This document shows positions 19,068 through 28,414 of a DNA stretch of 57,540 bases, piece by piece. Source of the DNA: Clostridia bacterium (GTDB lineage: Bacteria; Bacillota; Clostridia; Christensenellales; CAG-138); the NCBI GenBank assembly GCA_017616435.1, contig JAFZYC010000045.1, forward strand, positions 1 through 57,540, given 5' to 3'. Numbering within the stretch: the first letter of the stretch is position 1; each line of letters opens with the position of its first letter. Position numbers and translations under genes: made by a program. A model generated the notes under the pieces. That model was given only the letters and a program-made list of their open reading frames with translations, searched no databases and was not told the DNA's origin.

Positions 19068-22000
19068 ATGCGAATAATACTGGCGTCGGATCTGCATATT
19101 TCAAATGACAGTACGCCCGAGAATTCACCTTGGGTAAATCATTTTTGTAATTTCCTGACGAAAAAACACGATCCGGAAACTCTTATAATCTTTATGGGAG
19201 ACATAATAGACAAGGGAAACGCAACCTCTTGCGATGCTGCGGATCGTATTTTTACACACATTGAAGCAAGGCTAAGAGGCATTAATCATAGCATTGGTTT
19301 TCTTCCGGGTAATCATGATTATTGCCGTGAGAGTTCGGATGCGTTCGATTTCTTTTGTTCTAAGCATCAAACGCTTATAACTGACTGGCATGGATTTAGC
19401 CGCCAAAAGGTTTACTCCTATTGTAGGGATGATATTCGTTGTAATTTTGTCTTGGCGGATTCAATTCAGGATAACAAATTCGATATCCCTGGTAAATTGG
19501 ATTTGAATGAAATCAGCAATCATACTGCGCCAAACAAGACAAATATCCTCTTGCTCCATCATAGTATTTATAATGAAGACACGTCTGAACATACAGGATT
19601 GGTAGAACAGCCCAGAGTTATAGAACTGCTTGATAAATATAACGTAGATTATGTTTTTCATGGCCATGGCCATTGCACAAGAGTTTTCAATGTTGGCATG
19701 CATACGAAAATGTTCGGAGTTGGTTCACTTGGTTTAAGCGGGGACTCGCTTGGGACTATTAACAATGAATTTGAACAGTTTTTCGAATTGACAATTAAAG
19801 ATGGCTACTTGGAAAACGTTGTAAACTGGTTGTGGCGAGAAAGCGGAGAGTATTACCCAATTCAAATATACCCAAATCCGAATACTGAATATGCTCCAAA
19901 TTTCTCGATAGAAAAGGTTTCATATGAGAAGCCTGATGAATACTATGATCGATACGTCATGGAGTATTCATTAAGCGGGGATGATTTTCTTATAGCTCTC
20001 AACGCTGATAAAAAGCAACGGCTTTCTGATGTTTGTACAAAGGACAGACGGATATTATTGATTGCCGATGCAGGAATGGGCAAGTCTATCGAGATGTCCC
20101 ATCTTGCATGGGAAATCGGTGAAACCAATCCATATTTACGTCCTGTTTTGCTCGGTCTAAACCACTACGACGAGGATAGCATTCAAGACTATATCAATAA
20201 GGAATATCCGCAATACAAAACCTTAGACCCTTCGCAGTTTATACTAATACTTGATGGATATGATGAATTATCAAACAGCATCCTATTTAAGAAGCATTTG
20301 CTTGTATATCTGGATCAGCATTCCGATATTCATGTTTGTATGTCATTAAGGAGTAATTTCCTATCAAAAAACATAGAACTGTTCGAAGGATTTAAGGTAT
20401 ATAGATTGCTCGGGCTTTCGCATGAAGACATTGAAACATTCTTGGATAGATTTGGGATAGACAGCGAGGCGTTTGTTTCCGAGTGCACATCAAAAAGAAT
20501 GGCGTCGTTCCTTGCCAATCCGTTTTACCTCAAATTGTTTGCTGATTATTATAGAGACAAAGGAACCATATCAAATCTGCCTGATGTTCTTGATCGTGTA
20601 ATTGAGAAGACTTTCGAGGAGGATTCAAAAAAGTTCGAGTATGTTGAATCTGTGACTCTCGAAGAAAGCAAGCATGATTGGAAAAGAGCGTTAACGAGGT
20701 TTGCATATGGACTACAACTGCTAAACAGGACTATATGCGACGATGATACCTACCAAGGCATTCTGGATACATGCGATTTACAGTTTTTGAAGCATAGCGG
20801 CATAATAATAAACAACAAAGGCGAACGCATGTTTTCTCATAATATTATCCGTGAGTATTTACTGGCGGATTGGATGAGAGAAGATACGACTGAAAGCATT
20901 ATGGAGCGGGCAGCATTGCCTAACGGAAAGGGTATTTATCAGAATTGGCATAATATAATAGGGCTTCTTCTGCAAGTAAACCCTTCTCCCCTATTAATCG
21001 ACATGGTTAATGATGCCGAACCGCTTTTACTTGCAAAGCTCGACTCGGAGTATGTAACTGATGATGTTAAACTTTCTATTCTAAAGCGATTCTTGGCAAA
21101 AACCGAGGATGAAAACATATGGTTCAATAATGGCGATTGCGACGAGATAGAGCTTGGGTCTTTTATTCAATCAGAGGCAGCGTTGTTGCTCCTTCTTGAT
21201 CATATTGAACATCCCAGGCATTTCCGTGGGCTGCATTTTTGTGTTGAAGTTTTACATGGCTTTACAAATTTGTATTGGCGCGACGATTATGTTCGTGACA
21301 CTCTAATCAACTGTTATCAGAGTAAAAATACCACGCCATATGTAAAATCAAAGGTCATTGAAACAATTGCGGCATTACATCTGGACAATAATGAGATTAC
21401 AGCAGATTTAGTATGCCGTTTCTCTGATGATGCAGACCCCTATGAGCGCAGAGGAGTTTACCGTTATTTAATTGTTTCAAACCGTGTCAACAACAATTAT
21501 GAGTGCTTGCTTGATGGACTAAAGCATGTTTCTTTTCGCGTCCATCGTTCAGACACTGCATATGGAATAGAAGAGTTTCCGTTACTGGATGGCTTGAATC
21601 AAATTGATGAAACGGCTTCTGTCATCGGTTCAATCCTTTGGTTTACCCAAGGAGATAATATCCGGACAGACGTCTTCAACCTGGATAAGTTTATTGATAG
21701 GATCATGTCGCTTGCTGTCGGACTGTTTGAACGAGTGGATGATGCTGTATTTGCGGCGGTTTATAAGTTTCTGGTTTCGGCAATAGAGAAACATGAGAAT
21801 AATAGGATTCATCATGCAATCGTTTTCTTCAAAAAGACGGATTCATTCATGGCGGCTATGAAAAAACTGTTTTCTGAAGAAGCCTGTGCGCAATATTATT
21901 TCTATTGGGAACAAGAGATTGAGGATCGTAAATCATTCGTTGAAACAATATGCCATTTAGGAGCAGAGGGTAAATTATTCGATTCATCTGTGCTTTCATC

Positions 22001-23456
22001 ATTTGCATACCGGTGGAACAATACGGAAGGAGTATTCCAGATCGTTGATGACACATTATTCAAATTAACAGGAAAACGGCTTGAACCATATAAACAGTTA
22101 TTTAGCTACTCAAAAAACCGGAAGGAAGATGCTCAGGTATTCTTTGATGCACTCTTTGACAAGGCAAAAATGCTAAGCCTTGTTGATGAATTGACCGTTG
22201 CATATAATGATCCGGAATTGAATTGCAGCAGGATACGGGAAGGCAGACTGGATTACGAGAGCTATCCTGTGGGTACAAGGAGTTTAGCGTTCAAATTGGC
22301 GAACGAGAGATTAATGGAATTAAAGGTCAAAGAAGTTTTTAATACAATCAATTGGGAGCTGTTTGTTGTTGATTCTGTATGTGGGATGCTTAATGCCGAT
22401 CCGGAGAATCGACCTGTGGTTAATGAATCTCAGCGTGAATACTTGCAAAAAGTGTATAATGATTTACTGGCATCTATAGATTTCCATACAGCCTACATCG
22501 AAACTGGAATGAACTGGCCTAAACTAAACAGTGCTGTGCTTTGGAGCTTAGTCCTTAAATCTGCGCTTAACTTCAGCACTCCGGAAAACTATTATGTCGG
22601 ATTAATTGAAATACCGTATATCTTGATGGATAAAGCCTCCGGTATAGAGGAAAAGTACAATTCTATTGAAGAAGTAATTGGTGCGTCACAAATTGTCAAT
22701 AGGATTTTGGATCTGATCCATACAGAAACCCGTGTCAACCTATTGTATGATTTCATGTATGCATGTGAACGTTATTCTATAAAAGGGTGCGAAATGGATG
22801 CACTTCGGCTGTGCGGTATGGATACGCCTAGTTATCATAAGTCCTATGCATTAAAGTATCTGAAGAAAGAGAGGGGGGCGCAATATATAATTGATAATAT
22901 TATGCACGAAGCTGATGATGAGCTGTTTATGGAAATAGTGAGGCTATTGTTCAAAGAGAGACTCGTATCGTTAACAGCAGTAATGGAAAAGAAGTTTGAG
23001 GAAACCCACAATCAAGAGCTTCTTGCAAAACTAATTTGGCTTGGCAATAAGGCTGCTTTTAAATATTATATTGATGAATCAAGAAAAAAGGGCTGCCCAA
23101 TCGATTATGAAGACCCTATGGAAAGCATAACCGAGAGCATCCGTAGTATTAGCGATCCGGGATGCCTGCCGTTCATATTGGATTGCATTCGTCTTCGTTA
23201 TGAAAAAGGGTTTGTTGACAATAAATTTTATACTCTTTATAATTCTATGTATAGCGCATTATTACAAAGTGCATCAGATAATAGTTCCATCGTAGTAGGA
23301 TCTTTGAAATGTCTAATTGCTGAAGATCAATCCAATATTGAACGAGTCGGTTTCTGCAATGCTGTATTAAACGAGATATACCAAAAAGAGAAAACAAATC
23401 CGATAATACCTTCACTTCGAGATGTTCGATTGAGCTTAAGTAGCCTTGAGATCTGA
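19068..23456 (+). CDS. Metallophosphoesterase-NACHT/STAND NTPase with a long helical C-terminus (NLR/Avs-like defence candidate)
   Basis: Calcineurin-like motifs SDLH, MGD, PGNHD, LLHH and HGHGH; Walker A ADAGMGKS; Walker B LILDGYDE; NPFYL; FSHNIIREYL. Confidence 0.85.
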   Translation: MRIILASDLHISNDSTPENSPWVNHFCNFLTKKHDPETLIIFMGDIIDKGNATSCDAADRIFTHIEARLRGINHSIGFLPGNHDYCRESSDAFDFFCSKHQTLITDWHGFSRQKVYSYCRDDIRCNFVLADSIQDNKFDIPGKLDLNEISNHTAPNKTNILLLHHSIYNEDTSEHTGLVEQPRVIELLDKYNVDYVFHGHGHCTRVFNVGMHTKMFGVGSLGLSGDSLGTINNEFEQFFELTIKDGYLENVVNWLWRESGEYYPIQIYPNPNTEYAPNFSIEKVSYEKPDEYYDRYVMEYSLSGDDFLIALNADKKQRLSDVCTKDRRILLIADAGMGKSIEMSHLAWEIGETNPYLRPVLLGLNHYDEDSIQDYINKEYPQYKTLDPSQFILILDGYDELSNSILFKKHLLVYLDQHSDIHVCMSLRSNFLSKNIELFEGFKVYRLLGLSHEDIETFLDRFGIDSEAFVSECTSKRMASFLANPFYLKLFADYYRDKGTISNLPDVLDRVIEKTFEEDSKKFEYVESVTLEESKHDWKRALTRFAYGLQLLNRTICDDDTYQGILDTCDLQFLKHSGIIINNKGERMFSHNIIREYLLADWMREDTTESIMERAALPNGKGIYQNWHNIIGLLLQVNPSPLLIDMVNDAEPLLLAKLDSEYVTDDVKLSILKRFLAKTEDENIWFNNGDCDEIELGSFIQSEAALLLLLDHIEHPRHFRGLHFCVEVLHGFTNLYWRDDYVRDTLINCYQSKNTTPYVKSKVIETIAALHLDNNEITADLVCRFSDDADPYERRGVYRYLIVSNRVNNNYECLLDGLKHVSFRVHRSDTAYGIEEFPLLDGLNQIDETASVIGSILWFTQGDNIRTDVFNLDKFIDRIMSLAVGLFERVDDAVFAAVYKFLVSAIEKHENNRIHHAIVFFKKTDSFMAAMKKLFSEEACAQYYFYWEQEIEDRKSFVETICHLGAEGKLFDSSVLSSFAYRWNNTEGVFQIVDDTLFKLTGKRLEPYKQLFSYSKNRKEDAQVFFDALFDKAKMLSLVDELTVAYNDPELNCSRIREGRLDYESYPVGTRSLAFKLANERLMELKVKEVFNTINWELFVVDSVCGMLNADPENRPVVNESQREYLQKVYNDLLASIDFHTAYIETGMNWPKLNSAVLWSLVLKSALNFSTPENYYVGLIEIPYILMDKASGIEEKYNSIEEVIGASQIVNRILDLIHTETRVNLLYDFMYACERYSIKGCEMDALRLCGMDTPSYHKSYALKYLKKERGAQYIIDNIMHEADDELFMEIVRLLFKERLVSLTAVMEKKFEETHNQELLAKLIWLGNKAAFKYYIDESRKKGCPIDYEDPMESITESIRSISDPGCLPFILDCIRLRYEKGFVDNKFYTLYNSMYSALLQSASDNSSIVVGSLKCLIAEDQSNIERVGFCNAVLNEIYQKEKTNPIIPSLRDVRLSLSSLEI

Positions 23457-23462
23457 AATAAC

Positions 23463-23498
23463 GATAAGCCGAGATAATAGGAACAATCTCGGCTTATC
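23463..23498. terminator. Hairpin terminator after the NACHT gene
   Basis: GATAAGCCGAGAT-N10-ATCTCGGCTTATC. Confidence 0.7.
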
Positions 23499-23781
23499 TT
23501 CACCTTTTCTGTACCATATTGTTGATAGTATCCTTATCAGGAACGTTCCACACCGCGGTCTTTTTTGTTCAAATACTTTGCCCATGGATCTGTGTATTGA
23601 AAAACATCGCAGAATCTTTCGGAAATACAAAGAGCCAATTCAAAGTCCTTATTGTTAATGTCACGGGTTTTCGACAGCAGCGGGGGTTGGGTTGTCGGCA
23701 TTTGCCTATGCTCCCAATCCCCGCTGCAACTATTGTCGTTGGTATCAAGGAGTGCTTTACTGAGCTGGGTTGCGGTTTTGC

Positions 23782-24951
23782 TTAATCGTTGTCCGCTTCT
23801 ATGATCTCGTCAAGGTGCGAGACGTATTCCGTGCGCAGATGCGGCTTTGTGATATAAACGCCATCCTGCATACAGCACATGATGTAGAGCTCTCCCTCGG
23901 AGTTGATAAACATATCGCAGTTTGGATAACCAACGACGTTTCTATAGTCGACCAATGTTGAACCTGCAAGACTTCCGTCCGAATAATACACACGGTAACT
24001 CATTTCCCAAACAACCGGGTCGTAAGTTCCCGGAACGTACTCTATTACGTAAACGTACGCACGGTCGCCCATGAGTCGGCGCAGCCCCGGGTGTGTGTTC
24101 TCTCCGGTATTAAATGAAATGCTTCCATTCTCTGTCGTAATATTCATCTCGGGATCCAGTATTTTTTCGACGCTGCACTTGGAGATTTCGACAAACTCGC
24201 CATCCTTCAGCACCCAAAGTGTAAGAGAATGATCCACGAATGCAAGGCAGCCATCGTGCTCCGTCAGGTAAGCAACCATGGAAACCTTGATCTCCTGTTC
24301 GGGAAGCGGTATGCTTTCGAGCTCGTTTCCATCCAAATCAAAAGCGCGGATGCAGTCCCAGTAGATTTCGACAGGGCAAATATACATAGTTTCGCCTATT
24401 ACACAGATGGAACCGAGCTGGGCATACCCGTTATCGTTGGGAATGGTGATGTATCTCTTATTGCCGTTTTCGGATACGATCACCCTTCCGTTGACGGAGT
24501 CGAGAAGGTAAACCGTTTCACCGGAGATATAAAATGCCTGCGGAAAGTGATCGAATTCATCTTCATTCTCGATCGCATGATTATATCCGGCACAATCTTC
24601 GCTTTCTCCAAATGGAATATAAAGCAGTACCTCCGCATCCTTTATGCAGTCGCCTATCGCCTCGGGATCGTCGGGAAGCGGGAACTCCTCGATTGGCCTG
24701 AGCGTCGGCTCGGGAATCGGCGTTTCTGTGGGTTCCGGCGTAGGCTCCGCAGTGGGAGCTTCGGTAGGAAGCTCTGTATGTACCTGGGCCGGTGCTCCCG
24801 TAGAAATCTCCATTCCTGCGGAAGCGGAAGGCGTCGCATTTGCATTTATCGGAACCTTTGCTCCGGCACAACCACACAGAGACGATACAATTATAATAGC
24901 AGACAACATAATTGCTATATTTGCCTTTGTAATACCTCTCATATCAGTCAC
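23782..24951 (-). CDS. Lipoprotein with a PT linker and a beta-propeller-like domain homologous to the N-terminus of the upstream hydrolase (putative immunity protein)
   Basis: Lipobox LCGC. YIPFGESEDCAGY...PQAFYISGETVYLLDSVNGRVI and DGVYITKPHLRTEYVSHLDE match the 24970-26883 protein. Confidence 0.8.
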   Translation of the reverse strand: MTDMRGITKANIAIMLSAIIIVSSLCGCAGAKVPINANATPSASAGMEISTGAPAQVHTELPTEAPTAEPTPEPTETPIPEPTLRPIEEFPLPDDPEAIGDCIKDAEVLLYIPFGESEDCAGYNHAIENEDEFDHFPQAFYISGETVYLLDSVNGRVIVSENGNKRYITIPNDNGYAQLGSICVIGETMYICPVEIYWDCIRAFDLDGNELESIPLPEQEIKVSMVAYLTEHDGCLAFVDHSLTLWVLKDGEFVEISKCSVEKILDPEMNITTENGSISFNTGENTHPGLRRLMGDRAYVYVIEYVPGTYDPVVWEMSYRVYYSDGSLAGSTLVDYRNVVGYPNCDMFINSEGELYIMCCMQDGVYITKPHLRTEYVSHLDEIIEADND

Positions 24952-24969
24952 TCCTTTTTTTCATAGTTT

Positions 24970-26883
24970 TTACTTGGTTTCCATATCTATGGGCACTTTC
25001 TCGGGAAGAGGTATTTGATGGGAATACGCTCCGCATGTGCTGCAACGATATCCGGTAGAAATATGCACCCAACAGTGCGGCTCATTCAGAGTCGTGTATC
25101 CACAAGTTGTACAATTCTTCCAGTGATAGTAGTAATTATACTGATATCCTGACCAAGTGTGATTGCTCTTCGGTCCTGCCTCGCCACAATGAGTGCAGGT
25201 CTGCCAGTGTTTCGTGAAATTTGAATGGTAAGTACTTCCATAACTACAATTACCTCCACCGCAAGCATACGGCGAACGAAGCCGGTATCCGTTCAGATCG
25301 GATAACGACAGATTCCTAAATTTTACTCTTGCGGCTGAGTCAGTAGCACCTGAGGTAAGAGTTGTACATTCTATTGATGTCAAGCTGGTATCAGTATTTT
25401 TTGCGTAACAGAGGATAATGTGATTACCTGTAGCATCAGGGTCATCAGAGTACTTGACCAAGAAATCCATATACATAAGCTTTTCAAAGCTACTACAGCT
25501 GGGTATAGTACTGTTGCCTTGATTACCATAAATATAATGACCGTAGCTTGTGAAGTCCTCAGTGTTATGCCTTGAAATGTAGTAAGCATAGCTTACAAAA
25601 CCAGAACAATCCAAACCCGCAGTTCCCGGCACCTTACCATGATGATAATAATGATATGTATTTCCGCCAGTAGATTCGCCGATTATGTCATCAAAGCCGT
25701 CTTCATCTTCAGTCTCAAAATCAAGGAAATAGCCTCCCCAGCAATATGGTATTCCTGTCGCAGGGTCACCATCGTCGGTATCGAGCACATATTGTGGTAC
25801 TGTTATATGTGTTCCGCCCTGTTTGTTTCTGGCAGTTACGGTCCAAACATGATTCATCGCATTCTCGGCACGTGTTTTAACTTCAGCTCTTGTTTTACTT
25901 GTAACCGTCGAATACCTTGTAGGGATAATCTTACTATCGCTTTCAAGAATGCTTTCAGCGATCTCGGTAAGCTCGTCCATATGAGACTGATACTCCATAC
26001 GGAAGTTAGGCTTTGTAATGTATACGCCCTCTTCCCTGCAAAGCATGGTATAGACAATACCCGTGTAAGGATCTACATTAACTACGGTGTTGGGGAGGCT
26101 ATAAGCTTCGAGATTGTTAACGACCGTGCAGCCAAGGAGCTGCCCCTGCATATCATACTTCCTAACGGTGTATTCGGTTTCGATCACAGGAAGATAGGGC
26201 ACAAACTCATACACGCCGACAAGAAGCTCATTCTCGGAATGCTGGAGATACTGAACAAGGCAGGTCGGGCCGACGTCAAGGGCTACCTTTGCGTTCGGAA
26301 GAGAAAGCGTCTCTATCTGCTCAAACCGTCCGTCTACGCCGATCTGATAATCCTTGATCCACTCATAATCAGAGGAGTTCAGCTTGAAGCATTCAAGATC
26401 GTGAGTCAGCATGCAGAGTTCGCTGCCATTGCTGTAAACCTTATATACGTCGTTTGCCGCAACCTTTTCGGGGAACGAAACGCTTCGAAGGATCCTGCCG
26501 TTAATGTCCATGACACTAATGCCGCTGCCAACGAAATAGAAGCGGTCTCCGACAAGAGCAAACTTGGACGGATGCTCGATCCCGCTGACAGGTATATACC
26601 TTGCCGCACCGTCTTCAATAGCAACGATCCTGTTTTTCACTGAATCAAGAATGTATACATTGCCATCGCTGACAGCAAAGGATTCCGGCCCCATGTTTTC
26701 TTCCTCGTCTTCATAGTAGCCAATGGCATTCTCGCCATCCCCGGAGGGGATAAATGCAACGGCCACTGCATCGTCAAGCGCGTCGCCGGAGCAGTTCCTC
26801 TGCATATCGGGACGAGCTGCGGCATTTCCGATAACGGCAAATGCCATGATAAGCATAAGAATTATTGACAGTGTCTTTTTCAT
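24970..26883 (-). CDS. Secreted NlpC/P60-like hydrolase A: propeller-like N-domain, catalytic domain, His/Cys repeats
   Basis: Signal peptide; TGIPYCWGG, GLDCSGFVSYAY, NHIIL and SIEC; C-terminal HWQTCTHCG, HWKNCTTCG and RCSTCG. Confidence 0.8.
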   Translation of the reverse strand: MKKTLSIILMLIMAFAVIGNAAARPDMQRNCSGDALDDAVAVAFIPSGDGENAIGYYEDEEENMGPESFAVSDGNVYILDSVKNRIVAIEDGAARYIPVSGIEHPSKFALVGDRFYFVGSGISVMDINGRILRSVSFPEKVAANDVYKVYSNGSELCMLTHDLECFKLNSSDYEWIKDYQIGVDGRFEQIETLSLPNAKVALDVGPTCLVQYLQHSENELLVGVYEFVPYLPVIETEYTVRKYDMQGQLLGCTVVNNLEAYSLPNTVVNVDPYTGIVYTMLCREEGVYITKPNFRMEYQSHMDELTEIAESILESDSKIIPTRYSTVTSKTRAEVKTRAENAMNHVWTVTARNKQGGTHITVPQYVLDTDDGDPATGIPYCWGGYFLDFETEDEDGFDDIIGESTGGNTYHYYHHGKVPGTAGLDCSGFVSYAYYISRHNTEDFTSYGHYIYGNQGNSTIPSCSSFEKLMYMDFLVKYSDDPDATGNHIILCYAKNTDTSLTSIECTTLTSGATDSAARVKFRNLSLSDLNGYRLRSPYACGGGNCSYGSTYHSNFTKHWQTCTHCGEAGPKSNHTWSGYQYNYYYHWKNCTTCGYTTLNEPHCWVHISTGYRCSTCGAYSHQIPLPEKVPIDMETK

Positions 26884-26909
26884 ATGAACCTCCATTCATT
26901 TTATTGTTG

Positions 26910-26960
26910 TCAATATAGTTTGATAAGGGGTAGCGTCCTCATCACCGCTTTGCCTTGCAC
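26910..26960 (-). other. Leader ORF (16 aa, MQGKAVMRTLPLIKLY)
   Basis: GGAGGTGAT 8 nt before a GTG; stop codon about 27 nt before the hydrolase start. Paralleled at 30402-30449. Confidence 0.5.
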
Positions 26961-27108
26961 GATTCGTTATCACCTCCCATTTGATCTGCAAGGCCTCTAA
27001 AAAGCTTTTACTGAACAGTTTCACGCTCGATTCTCTCTTCGGCTCACCATTCTTTCTCCCTCTCAAAGAAAGCAAAACAAATAAGAAAAGTAATGTGAAT
27101 CTTTTGCT

Positions 27109-27151
27109 CTCTACTTTAATTACAAATGAGGTCGGCCAAAGGGGACAAGAT
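27109..27151 (-). promoter_or_regulatory. Conserved promoter-like motif, copy 2
   Basis: CTCTACTTTAATTACAAATGAGGTCGGCCAAAGGGGACAAGAT aligns with copies 1 and 3. Confidence 0.7.
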
Positions 27152-27341
27152 TTTTAAAAAAAAGAAGAATATATTTTTGCATCATCTACTTTGTTGCTTT
27201 AGATATGAAACATCTATTAGTGGAGATGAAAAGCATAATGATGAGCAGCAAATGAATTGTTGTCAATAAAAAACAGGACTGCTATCTACGCAGCCCTGTT
27301 ATAGAGTACTGTCATTTCACGACGCTATCTCGAAGAAGTCT

Positions 27342-28403
27342 TTAAATGCTAACAGCCCATACCATGAATTCATCCGGCAACGATGCACCAATATAGAGCG
27401 TTCCGTCTTCTGCCAAATTCAGCAGCATTAGGTTGTCCCAAAGATCTTCAAACGTGTATGGTATCTCAAGGATTGAGCGAACCAATCCATCAGGCGAGAC
27501 CTTAATTACGGTTTTGGTTTTGTTGATGCGGGTGAAATAGAAATTGCCATCGCGGTCTTTACCTAATACAGAATAACCGCAGCCATCAAAGGTCAACTCT
27601 GTTCCACTCGCAAAAGTGATCCTCGTCCATTCGCCGTTACTATCCTCGACCATCTTGCAGAGCGATTCTGTTTTCGTCCACATGTTTTTACTGTCAATTT
27701 CATAATAATCATAGCTCAGCGTATAAATACCCGATTCTCTCGACGCGCTGCTGAAGATCATCTTAGGCATCTGATCAATCAACTGCATATTCTCATCAAC
27801 AACGTCATCAGGTATGCTGTATTCAGACAGCAAGGATCCTGATTCAACATCGAAAGCACCTTCAACCGTATAAAGAACTCCCTTTAAGAGTACTGCAAGC
27901 CTATAGTCACTTAGGGCTATTTCACTATGACAGACAAGCTGGCCATTTGCATCATACATATACATACCCCTTATTGGTGCGACTCCAAAGTCACATACGA
28001 CTTTTGTTTCACCATCGACAGCAAAGAGAAATGGACCGAACGATGAAATGTCACTGCCATCATCTATCAGGTATAATACAGAATCACTAGGCGCATTCGT
28101 TGGAAGCGGACCATCATATGCTTTATACGGAATAAGCCGGAGTATCTCTTCAGCACAGTCCTCAAAGGATATAACTTCAGGAGCAGGTGTTTCCGTTGGA
28201 TGATTTGTGGGCATGGGAGAGACCACTTCAGCAGGTGTTTCCGTTTGTATCTCAGCAGTAGCTGTAGGAACGATCAGTGCCGAGGGTTGCGCAGTTACAA
28301 TCTCTGTCGGAACAGCTGTAACAGTTGGCTCGGTGCTCGACGAGCATGCCGCAGCAAAACAAAGAAGGATAATCATCAAGAAGAATACGATGGTCCGTTT
28401 CAT
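27342..28403 (-). CDS. Lipoprotein with a PT linker and a divergent propeller-like domain (putative immunity protein of hydrolase B)
   Basis: Lipobox AAAC. AEEIL...SVLYLIDD...FGPFLFAVDGE compares with hydrolase AEQIL...SVGYLEDE...MGPESFVVEDG; EDGTLYI compares with SDGSIYV. Confidence 0.7.
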   Translation of the reverse strand: MKRTIVFFLMIILLCFAAACSSSTEPTVTAVPTEIVTAQPSALIVPTATAEIQTETPAEVVSPMPTNHPTETPAPEVISFEDCAEEILRLIPYKAYDGPLPTNAPSDSVLYLIDDGSDISSFGPFLFAVDGETKVVCDFGVAPIRGMYMYDANGQLVCHSEIALSDYRLAVLLKGVLYTVEGAFDVESGSLLSEYSIPDDVVDENMQLIDQMPKMIFSSASRESGIYTLSYDYYEIDSKNMWTKTESLCKMVEDSNGEWTRITFASGTELTFDGCGYSVLGKDRDGNFYFTRINKTKTVIKVSPDGLVRSILEIPYTFEDLWDNLMLLNLAEDGTLYIGASLPDEFMVWAVSI

Positions 28404-28414
28404 ATAAAGCCTCC

